Positions 34,182 through 45,488 of a DNA stretch of 64,000 bases are shown here, piece by piece (positions within the stretch are counted from its first letter, which is position 1; each line of letters begins with the position of its first letter). The position numbers were made by a program, and so were the translations under genes. Source of the DNA: Macrostomum hystrix (lineage: Eukaryota > Animalia > Platyhelminthes); the NCBI GenBank assembly GCA_950097015.1, contig CATNEN010000034.1, positions 4,960,001 through 5,024,000 on the forward strand. The letters are read 5' to 3'. The notes under the pieces were generated by a model. The model saw only the letters and a list, made by a program, of their open reading frames with translations. It did not search any database and had not been told where the DNA came from.

Positions 34182-37100
34182 ATGTCTGCACTGGAGAAGC
34201 GGCATGTAAAGCCGGAAAAAAGGCGCAATCTTTTTCAAAGTCTAGAAAAAATTCGGCGACACCTGAGCCGGCACGATCCAGGCGGACTGCAGCGAATCAG
34301 CGAATGGTACTGCAATTTGGGCCTGGTCAACGGCGCGACAAGCGTGACCGTCGGCGCTGCGGAGGAACAACCGGTCGAGGATGAAAAAAGGCGCCTGCGG
34401 CGGCTTTGGCAGCGCCGCCGTCGGCTCAGACGGCAACGGAGGTGGGAGGCGCGCGGGCAGGAGATTAATTTTCAATATTTCAGCAGGAGCGGCAACAATG
34501 ACAGCCATGCCGATTCCTGCGACTCTGCAGGGCGCATTCAACAGATTGAAATCGACAATGCCAAGCTATGTAAGTTTGCTTATTTCATACTCAACCGCTG
34601 CGGCAGATTAATAAATCAATTTTCAATGTAGCTAAACCAGATTCATTCACAGAAAAAGTAGCCAGCTAAAAAAACCAGCCTTGCTATGCGTTTTCCGTTG
34701 GCATTTTCAACAGTGCGATATGCTCTACTTTAAGTAGGGTTCTGCTAGAAAATTTCTTAGACACCAGATACTTTTGTAACAATATATCTGAATCACCTCA
34801 TGCTTTAAGACCACATCATTTAAGATCACATTCTTTGAGACACCCCACTCTCAGAGACACCACACACTCAGAGACACCACACACTCAGAGACACCACACT
34901 CTCAGAGACAACACACACTCAGAGACAACACACTCTCAGAGACAACACACACTCAGAGACAACACACTCTCAGAGACAACACACACTCAGAGACAACACA
35001 CACTCAGAGACAACACACACTCAGAGACACCACACACTCAGAGACAACAAACTCACTAAGAGACAACACACACTCAGAGACAACATACACTCAGAGACAA
35101 CATACACTCAGAGACACCACACACTCAGAGACACCACACTCTCAGAGACAACACACTCTCAGTGACAACACACACTCAGAGACAACACACACTCGGAGAC
35201 AACACACTCTCAGAGACACCACACTCTCAGAGACAACACACACTCAGAGACAACACACACTCAGAGACAACATACACTCAGAGACACCACACACTCAGAG
35301 ACAACACACACTCAGAGACACCACACACTCAGAGACACCACACACTCAGAGACACCACACACTCAGAGACAACAAACTCACTAAGAGACACCACACACTC
35401 AGAGACACCACACACTCAGAGACAACAAACTCACTAAGAGACACCACACACTCAGAGACAACAAACTCACTAAGAGACACCACACACTCGGAGACAACAC
35501 ACTCTCAGAGACACCACACTAACTCAAAGACACCACACTAACTCAAAGACACCACACTAACTCAAAGACACCACACTAACTCAAAGACACCACACTAACT
35601 CAAAGACACCACACTAACTCAAAGACACCACACTAACTCAAAGACACCACACTAACTCAAAGACACCACACTAACTCAAAGACACCACACTAACTCAAAG
35701 ACACCACACTAACTCAAAGACACCACACTAACTCAAAGACACCACACTAACTCAAAGACACCACACTAACTCAAAGACACCACACTAACTCAAAGACACC
35801 ACACTCTTTGAAGCACATGAAGCATGAAGCAGCACTCCGAGTCACTACACCATAACTATATCGCTTTAACATTTTTAAGTCCGAACCTGTCCTCAACTTT
35901 CTGTTAAAATTTTTTCTCCCGATCGTGTTTCAGCCTACCTGCCCGTTCCCAAAGGCGTGGCCAAGCGCGGACTGTTGGTTCCACCCCAGCCCGATTGGCT
36001 GTTCTCCGACTCGCTACCGGAGCTTCCACCTGAGGCCTTCCAGCAGGACTACAACGCCAGCAATGCGGAGGAGGCTGCGCGTCGCTTTCTTAAGCGCGAG
36101 ATGACCCGGAAGGTTTTGGACAAGTGGGTGTTTCTCTACTTCCGAATTCTGCGTGTCAACTGGGAGAGCATTGTGGTAGAGGAGAAGAAGGCTGACCCAG
36201 ATATCAACATGTACGCCGAAGAGCACTTGCACAAGTGGACGGTGCGACTCAGATTCAAGGTTTTGAGACAGGTGATGTTAATAATAATCCAAATGCAACG
36301 CTATTATTAGAATTAACGCAAACAAGACCTGAGACAGCAAATGACACTATATCGTTGGAAAACTATACAACTTTGGAGACTCTACATTCTTGGAGACACA
36401 ACATCCTCAGAGACACCACATCCTCAGAGACACCACATCCCCAGAGACACCACATCCTCAGAGACACCACATCCTCAGAGACACCACATCCTCAGAGACA
36501 CCACATCCTCAGAGACACCACATCCTCAGAGACACCACATCCTCAGAGACACCACATCCTCAGAGACACCACATCCTCAGAGATACCACATCCTCAGAGA
36601 TACCACATCCTCAGAGACACCACATCCTCAGAGACACCACATCCTCAGAGACACCACATCCTCAGAGACACCACATCCTCAGAGACACCACATCCTCAGA
36701 GACACCACATCCTCAGAGACACCACATCCTCAGAGACACCACATCCTCAGAGACACCACATCCTCAGAGACACCACATCCTCAGAGACACCACATCCTCA
36801 GAGACACCACATCCTCAGAGACACCACATCCTCAGAGACACCACATCCTCAGAGACACCACATCCTCAGAGACACCACATCCTCAGAGACACCACATCCC
36901 CAGAGACACCACATCCTCAGAGACACCACATCCTCAGAGACACCACATCCTCAGAGACACCACATCCTCAGAGACACCACATCCTCAGAGACACCACATC
37001 CTCAGAGACACCACATCCTCAGAGACACCACATCCCCAGAGACACCACATCCTCCGAGATACCACACGCACAACACACAATTTGACGCAATATTTTATGA

Positions 37101-37620
37101 GTTTTTGAGTCAAGTTTTCTCCGAAATTTTCAAGCTTTAAGTCTTTGATGCCTGGCTTCCGCAGGTGCCAATAAAGGTGGCCCTCTACGGATTTCTATCG
37201 CGACTAGGCCTGGAAAGAGACACAATGATTGTATTCTGCACTGACGGCTTTTATGGTCTCATGGATGTAGGCAATATTTATGGCGATATGAAGAAAACCC
37301 CGTGCGCCTTGATCAGCATGAATACAACGCCCAGGTGAGCATGCCAATGAAGTTTAGCATTAATTACCTATGCCTGTTTGAGTCGCATTACTTACTGCGT
37401 TAAAAAAATCCAACTGATCTGTATTCCATTGTCAAGGTACCTAGGCCTAAAAAACGGCGACTGTGTCTTTGTCAACTCGTGCAGCAACCCACAGCGCCAG
37501 ATGATGGAGGACGCACAGCATTTGTCGAATAGTCATCGTCAACGGCAATTCTTCACTCAATCCGTCAACGATGGCGTCAAAGATGACGATAACGAGGAGG
37601 GCGAGCTGGTCTACGATTAA
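34182..37620 (+). CDS. Uncharacterised protein with a C-terminal SUMO-like (ubiquitin-fold) domain, 4 exons, ~359 aa
   Basis: Exons 34182-34569, 35934-36271, 37165-37334 and 37437-37620 (1080 nt, GT-AG, phases consistent). The spliced segment RLRFKVLRQVPIKVALYGFLSRLGLERDTMIVFCTDG...ISMNTTPRYLGLKNGDCVFV resembles the SUMO core (FKVKMTT...F.FEG...TP..LGM...D.I.V). Confidence 0.7.
34835..35805. repeat. 15-19-bp C/A-rich arrays (ACACACTCAGAGACACC; then TAACTCAAAGACACCACAC), intron 1
   Basis: Tandem periodicity; the unit changes at ~35520. Confidence 0.93.
36385..37066. repeat. 17-bp minisatellite (CATCCTCAGAGACACCA), ~40 copies, intron 2
   Basis: Tandem periodicity; accounts for the 17-aa repeat ORFs. 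Confidence 0.95.
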
Positions 37621-39621
37621 ATTGATGATAAAGTGTTGACCGGTTCCGGCCACTGTTACCTCTTGAAATGCTCGTATCGGATTAATAGTTATATGTACTT
37701 AATTTTCCGCCTTTATTTCGTAGTTTATCAGCTATTCATCTAGTTTCATATTGTCATATTGTATAACTTGTAGAAAGTTATCCCAAGGTGTGTTTTAAGC
37801 TGAACATACTTTGGTTATTCCCCTCTATCGTAAACATTGAAAGCGGCCACTTTTTCGCATTTTTGGAACAAAATGTGAAAGTTTTAGTTTGACTATTCGT
37901 TTTTTACTAGTTTGTTGAAAACGTCGAGCTGAAAATAATGCAACAAATAGCAACTAACTGCAGAATTAACTATTCTACAGCCGAAAGTATGACGTAAGGT
38001 TTATGGTCATTTTTAATTTGCCAATGTGCCTACTGATTTTTTGCCTTGTTTTTTTTCAAGGAAGCTCGAAATCCGTAAAACGATGAAGTGATGCTTATTA
38101 AATTATGACAGCCTATTAAAGTATATTGAACTTTATTCACTGTCGTGGAGAGTGACTGAGTGGGAGTGAACTTGACAAGTTAGTTTTGAATTATCCGGAC
38201 AACATAAGTTCTGCACTAAAACAAAATATTGACCACAAAACAAAAAATTGCATAAATTTACATATAGTAGGTAGCATAAAATTATACGCGTGCATAAAAG
38301 TGAAAGTTAAAGTCGAAAGATTTTTAATCAATATTTATTTTATTTCTAGCTTTGTCAAACCATTTGATTTGCTTATCTGGCACCAATATTTTATAAACTG
38401 CATTGCTTGTCTATTGACAATTTGTCTATCAAACGTTTCATATATTTTAGCTACTTAAAAATACTACGAGTAGATGTTACAAAAAAATTATCTACCTATG
38501 CTTAAGAAAATATTAACTGTAAAAAATTTAACTTTGATTGTTACGAGTATAAATGTTAATGTAGTTTATGCTAAAGCTCGTTTAAAAATTAGTTCAACTG
38601 AATTCAACTTATTGGTAGGGTACAGCCAGTGTTTTTATAGAGTCATATGTTTGCTAATGCTTGTTATATTATTTCAGACTAATTATTCTATAATATATTA
38701 TTTAATAATACATATTCTCTCTGAGTAGCTTGTACATTTTGTGATGTGTATACATGTATATTGATTACATGTGTTTTATATTCCACATAAAGATGCATAC
38801 AGCTTTTCAGCTTTCGTAGAGAATACAATGACTGATCAAGAAGACTTAATATGCATACTCTATTTACTGGTGCAATTCAGTTAATCTTACTTAGATCAAA
38901 ATAATACAAAGTTTCCAAGTAAACCTAAATCTTTCCTCGAATTTTTATATTTAATTTTTTCTTGCTTCATCAGAACGACTTAAAACCGTTCTTCGTCGTC
39001 TAGTCTAATGGGTGATTTCTTCTTTATTATGCTTTTACATGAATCAGCAATAAATAAGAATGCCAGCTAAAAAAACTATATTGTTTTATTCTAGTAACAT
39101 AGGCCTATGGACTATGGTCTTAGATTTAGGGCCTCATTTTCCCTGAATTCGTGTTTGACCTCTGTTCTGATAGACAGAGCACTTAATTTTTAATGAATTT
39201 TTTAAGTTCAACCATTTTTTAGGAGTCTCCACATCTGTTGTCTCTATTTTTCTTTATTCACTGATTGATCTAACTAGCCACAAACTGTTGATTAAGAAGC
39301 AGTAGAATGGAAGTGACCCACTATTTGTATTCTATTTTCCCCACAGAGTGCCAGGCAAGAGACAGAAGCGATGAGACAGGTGAGAGATGAGATATAAAGA
39401 GATGAGACATGGGAGAGATGAGACAGGGTAGATATAAGACAGGGAGAGATGAGACACGGGAGAGATGAGACAGGGGATCATATGCCTCTCCGCCTCCCAC
39501 TTTCCAAATCCTGGATCAAAGTCTGAAATTGGGTTTCACAATATGATAAACTATTCAAGAGACACGTAACTTGAATTTCATAAAAAATTTGCGCAATTTC
39601 TGTTTGCAGCAATTATCAGAT

Positions 39622-39876
39622 ATGAGTGGCGAGCGAGAGAAACTCAAGCCAGTCCTGCCGCAGCATGGGATGCTCTTTCAAGAGCATGTGCCCGGCCCTG
39701 TGCTGTGCAAGCCGCGACTGCTGCCTTTGAAATCGTTCACGCTGGAACGCCTGGAGACTCTGCAGAGGGACGCCGAGGAGGCAGTTAAACGGGCGGACAG
39801 CGAAGCGAGACTGCAGGCCGGAGCCGTGCTGTACCAGGCCGAGGAGGACGCCGGTGCCATGCTGGAGGCCAGCTGA
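39622..39876 (+). CDS. BBIP1: BBSome-interacting protein 1 (BBIP10/BBS18), 84 aa
   Basis: VLPQHGMLFQEHVPGPVLCKPRLLPLKSFTLERLE matches the BBIP1 core VLPKQG.LF.E....VLCKPKLLPLKSLTLEKLE. A possible in-frame upstream mini-exon at 39347-39379 would splice to 39610. Confidence 0.9.
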   Translation: MSGEREKLKPVLPQHGMLFQEHVPGPVLCKPRLLPLKSFTLERLETLQRDAEEAVKRADSEARLQAGAVLYQAEEDAGAMLEAS

Positions 39877-40799
39877 ACCAGCTAAACTGGCTCAAGGACC
39901 CCTAGGAGAACGATGGGAGTATTTGTTTCTTAGAAGAAGACAATTCTTTGAAAAAGTTAAGTTTTTTAGGGAAAGAATGTTTCTTCGAAAAAATAGGTTT
40001 GTTAGAAACCGTTTCGTCTTTCTCACGAAAAATTTCCGTTTCTTAGAAAACTTTGTATATATGTTTCTTAGAAAGCTTTAAGTTTGTTACACTGTGTTAC
40101 GCTTCGCAGTTTCTTAAAATAAACGTTAAAAGCGTTATAAAAGGTTAGTTTCTTAGAAAACCAAAAATACACTACTGACATAAGTGTCTTTATTTAGGAA
40201 ACTATCTAAGAAACGCGGTTTCCCGTCCTTGACTTGGCTGTTAGTGCATCAGTTCACCCAATTTAAAAAAATAGGTACCAAAATCATTTGGGGTAGAATT
40301 TCGGGTGCTTTTGAAAAGCCTCGCCACTTTTTCCCAGAGACACTTGCCTATCCTTCTATGGTGCCTCCAGTTGAGCATTATTTTCCTTAATGATTAATTA
40401 TCTTCTAGTGGCTTTCTTTATGTCCTACTTTAAGTAATATACATGTCGCATAAAAATCATTCTTCGTTTGTTATAGTTTTTTATTTAATTTTGCGCAAAA
40501 CATGTTAACAAAACGACTGCATGTACTTCTATGACACTTTACGAGCCCATCTTACAATCAAATCTTGAAATTGTACGATTTTTTTAATTGCAGCAAAATA
40601 CCTTTTCGTGTTGTTTTACAAGTGTCTTGTTATACAATGCTAGAATTGCTGTATAAAATATTCTCTCTGTATGATATAATAAAGCCGATGTTATAACCGG
40701 AGCTTTTCGTTGAAACTTGATTTGACAACAACTTTTTTCTGAAAATTTTACAGACGTAAAATTCTAAGCCTGCTGAAATTCTATAGCACCTGCTGGCCT

Positions 40800-43700
40800 G
40801 CTTCGATTCCATAGTTACAGATGCAGCTTCGATTCTAATGTTCCGGCTCCTGCTTCGATTCCAAAACTACTGCACCAGCTTCGATTCCATAACTACTGCA
40901 CCTGCTTCGATTCCATAACTACTGCACCTGCTTCGATTCCATAACTGCTGCACCAGCTTCGATTCCATAACTACTGCACCTGCTTCGATTCCATAACTAC
41001 TGCACCTGCTTCGATTCCATAACTGCTGCACCTGCTTCGATTCCATAACTGCTGCACCTGCTTCGATTCCATAACTGCTGCACCTGCTTCGATTCCAAAA
41101 CTACTGCACATGCTTCGATTCCATAACTACTGCACCTGCTTCGATTCCATAACTGCTGCACCTGCTTCGATTCCATAACTGCTGCACCTGCTTCGATTCC
41201 ATAACTACTGCACCTGCTTCGATTCCATAACTGCTGCACCTGCTTCGATTCCATAACTGCTGCACCAGCTTCGATTCCATAACTACTGCACCTGCTTCGA
41301 TTCCATAACTACTGCACCTGCTTCGATTCCATAACTGCTGCACCTGCTTCGATTCCATAACTGCTGCACCTGCTTCGATTCCATAACTGCTGCACCTGCT
41401 TCGATTCCATAACTACTGCACCTGCTTCGATTCCATAACTACTGCACTAGCTTCGATTCCATAACTACTTCACCAGCTTCGATTCCATAACTGCTGCACC
41501 TGCTTCGATTCCATAACTACTGCACCTGCTTCGATTCCATAACTACTGCACCTGCTTCGATTCCATAACTACTGCACTAGCTTCGATTCCATAACTACTG
41601 CACCTGCTTCGATTCCATTACTACTGCACTAGCTTCGATTCCATAACTACTGCACCTGCTTCGATTCCATAACTGCTGCACCTGCTTCGATTCCATAACT
41701 GCTGCACCTGCTTCGATTCCATAACTGCTGCACCTGCTTCGATTCCATAACTACTGCACCTGCTTCGATTCCATAACTACTGCACCTGCTTCGATTCCAT
41801 AACTGCTGCACCTGCTTCGATTCCATAACTGCTGCACCTGCTTCGATTCCATAACTGCTGCACCTGCTTCGATTCCATAACTACTGCACCTGCTTCGATT
41901 CCATAACTACTGCACTAGCTTCGATTCCATAACTACTTCACCAGCTTCGATTCCATAACTGCTGCACCTGCTTCGATTCCATAACTACTGCACCTGCTTC
42001 GATTCCATAACTACTGCACCTGCTTCGATTCCATAACTACTGCACTAGCTTCGATTCCATAACTACTGCACCTGCTTCGATTCCATTACTACTGCACTAG
42101 CTTCGATTCCATAACTACTGCACCTGCTTCGATTCCATAACTGCTGCACCTGCTTCGATTCCATAACTGCTGCACCTGCTTCGATTCCATAACTGCTGCA
42201 CCTGCTTCGATTCCATAAATACTGCACCTGCTTCGATTCCATAACTACTTCACCTGCTTCGATTCCATAACTACTTCACCTGCTTCGATTCCATAACTGC
42301 TGCACCTGCTTCGATTCCATAACTACTTCACCTGCTTCGATTCCATAACTACTGCACTAGCTTCGATTCCATAACTACTGCACCTGCTTCGATTCCATAA
42401 CTACTGCACTAGCTTCGATTCCATAACTACTGCACCTGCTTCGATTCCATAACTGCTGCACCTGCTTCGATTCCATAACTACTGCACCTGCTTCGATTCC
42501 ATAACTACTGCACTAGCTTCGATTCCATAACTACTTCACCAGCTTCGATTCCATAACTACTGCACCAGCTTCGATTCCATAACTACTTCACCAGCTTCGA
42601 TTCCATAACTACTGCACCAGCTTCGATTCCATAACTACTTCACCTGCTTCGATTCCATAACTACTTCACCTGCTTCGATTCCATAACTGCTGCACCTGCT
42701 TCGATTCCATAACTACTGCACCTGCTTCGATTCCATAACTACTGCACTAGCTTCGATTCCATAACTACTTCACCAGCTTCGATTCCATAACTGCTGCACC
42801 TGCTTCGATTCCATAACTACTGCACCTGCTTCGATTCCATAACTACTGCACCTGCTTCGATTCCATAACTACTGCACTAGCTTCGATTCCATAACTACTG
42901 CACCTGCTTCGATTCCATTACTACTGCACTAGCTTCGATTCCATAACTACTGCACCTGCTTCGATTCCATAACTGCTGCACCTGCTTCGATTCCATAACT
43001 GCTGCACCTGCTTCGATTCCATAACTGCTGCACCTGCTTCGATTCCATAACTACTGCACCAGCTTCGATTCCATAACTACTGCACCTGCTTCGATTCCAT
43101 AACTGCTGCACCTGCTTCGATTCCATAACTGCTGCACCTGCTTCGATTCCATAACTGCTGCACCTGCTTCGATTCCATAACTACTGCACCTGCTTCGATT
43201 CCATAACTACTGCACTAGCTTCGATTCCATAACTACTTCACCAGCTTCGATTCCATAACTGCTGCACCTGCTTCGATTCCATAACTACTGCACCTGCTTC
43301 GATTCCATAACTACTGCACCTGCTTCGATTCCATAACTACTGCACTAGCTTCGATTCCATAACTACTGCACCTGCTTCGATTCCATTACTACTGCACTAG
43401 CTTCGATTCCATAACTACTGCACCTGCTTCGATTCCATAACTGCTGCACCTGCTTCGATTCCATAACTGCTGCACCTGCTTCGATTCCATAACTGCTGCA
43501 CCTGCTTCGATTCCATAAATACTGCACCTGCTTCGATTCCATAACTACTTCACCTGCTTCGATTCCATAACTACTGCACCTGCTTCGATTCCATAACTGC
43601 TGCACCTGCTTCGATTCCATAACTACTTCACCTGCTTCGATTCCATAACTACTGCACTAGCTTCGATTCCATAACTACTGCACCTGCTTCGATTCCATAA

Positions 43701-44100
43701 CTACTGCACTAGCTTCGATTCCATAACTACTGCACCTGCTTCGATTCCATAACTGCTGCACCTGCTTCGATTCCATAACTACTGCACCTGCTTCGATTCC
43801 ATAACTACTGCACTAGCTTCGATTCCATAACTACTTCACCAGCTTCGATTCCATAACTACTGCACCAGCTTCGATTCCATAACTACTTCACCAGCTTCGA
43901 TTCCATAACTACTGCACCAGCTTCGATTCCATAACTACTTCACCTGCTTCGATTCCATAACTGCTGCACCTGCTTCGATTCCATAACTACTTCACCTGCT
44001 TCGAGTCCATAACTGCTGCACCTGCTTCGATTCCATAATTACAGCTGCAGCTTCAACTTCAAAGCTCCGGCTCCTGCTTCGATTCCATAACTAGTGCACC
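40800..44100. repeat. 26-bp satellite (TTCCATAACTACTGCACCTGCTTCGA), ~125 copies, higher-order repeats
   Basis: Marker variants recur at 468-bp and 1300-bp offsets. Confidence 0.97.
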
Positions 44101-44565
44101 TTGGTTAGATTCCACAGCTCCTGGTTCGATTCCACAGCTCCTGTTGCGATTCCATAATGCAACTGCTTCGATTTCGCAGCTCCAAAGCTAATCCCATACT
44201 GCTCAGTTAGAAGTTAATTTATTTTAATTTATTAAAATCAATGCGTACGTGGATATAATTTTTGTCGAAGTACAAGCATACGATGGAACAAGCAATAGTT
44301 TGTACAATGAGTCAAGAATCAAGTAAAGGCTTTGTACGCTGAAATAAAGTTCAATTTCAGATTTGGGAAGAGATAAAAGACAGAAATAATTGATTAAAAT
44401 AGCCATGTTATACAATGCAAAGTCTCGATAACAAACAACAGATATTTTCCATTACAATTAATGATGCTTGATTCGGAAAAATAAATATCTGATATAATCA
44501 ATATAATTACACAAAGTTACCTTTTAGCCTAAAATATGTAGCTTGTAGCCTTTGTAGGTGGAATT

Positions 44566-44875
44566 TGACTGAGAGGTCTGACTGAGAGGTCTGGAGTTCG
44601 AATCTCAGCAATTATGGAACCGATTCGTTCTCACTAAGAGGTCAGGAGTTCGAATCTCAGTCCTAAGGAAATAATTTGTTCTGACTAAGAGGTCGGGAGT
44701 TCGAATCTTAGCCCTAAGAAAGCAATTTGTTCTGACTGAGAGGTCGGGAGTTCGAATCTCAGTCCTAAGGAAATAATTTGTTCTGAATAAGAGGTCGGGA
44801 GTTCGAATCTTAGCCCTAAGAAAGCAATTTGTTCTGACTGAGAGGTCGGGAGTTCGAATCTCAGCCCTAAGGAAA
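44566..44875 (+). repeat. 51-bp tandem repeat, 6 copies, each with a Pol III B-box-like GGAGTTCGAATCT
   Basis: GTTCGAATC at 44597, 44648, 44699, 44750, 44801 and 44852. Spacers alternate between two types. Confidence 0.9.
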
Positions 44876-45254
44876 CAAATCGTGCCCTTCAACTATGCAA
44901 GACACTGAATTCCCTAGTGCTTCAATTCACCCAGCTCTAAAGTGGGTACCAACGTCATTAGCTGATGGGCTATCCAGTCCATGGACTGAACAGCTGTACA
45001 CAGCCTTCGGAAGCGTAACGCAATAGCTGCCACAGGCTGCAATTTTAATACAACTGGTTTAATACGAGCGTATATCAATATTTGCTGGAGAGGCTGTTTG
45101 CACTGACACATCGATTGGTGACAGTCGACCCGCAGCCAGCGAGAAGCCTGCTGTCCATTCATCAGCTGACTCATTCCCCTGCCTAACTGGGTCTCGCGCC
45201 AAGGTCCCTGAGCTCGATTCCGCGGCGAGGCCACATTTATTTGGGGCGCAGCCG

Positions 45255-45435
45255 CGGAGAGACGGCTTGGGGCTTGTCGTGCAATTTACGCCTTTGAGGA
45301 CCTACCACCAAGGCACAGTGAGAATGTACACTGCCAGACAATTAGAAAGTCAGGGCAGATGTACACACCTGTGTGAGCGTGTGCCTGTGTACGTTATCTG
45401 TGTGTGCGTGTGTGCTCAGGAGTCAGCGAAATGGG
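45255..45435 (-). repeat. Dispersed ~150-180-bp element, copy 2, downstream of the innexin stop
   Basis: The reverse complement aligns with 5027-5178, with an extra ~30-bp CA-rich insert. Confidence 0.8.
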
Positions 45436-45488
45436 CAGAGTTGGCCTTCTCGCTGAGCTGTCATTTCTTTCGATCCGGACTTCACCAA

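Noticed and set aside
36235-37140. RDTTSSETPHPQRHHIL repeat ORFs
   Set aside because: A 17-bp intronic array whose unit is not a multiple of 3, so all three frames give the same peptide.
39370-39480. GAGATGAGACAGGG short repeats
   Set aside because: Few, degenerate copies of low-complexity purine-rich sequence; no further significance evident.
40800-44875. CRISPR-like appearance of the 26-bp and 51-bp arrays
   Set aside because: There are no unique spacers (units are contiguous or near-identical), no cas genes, and the context is spliceosomal and eukaryotic.
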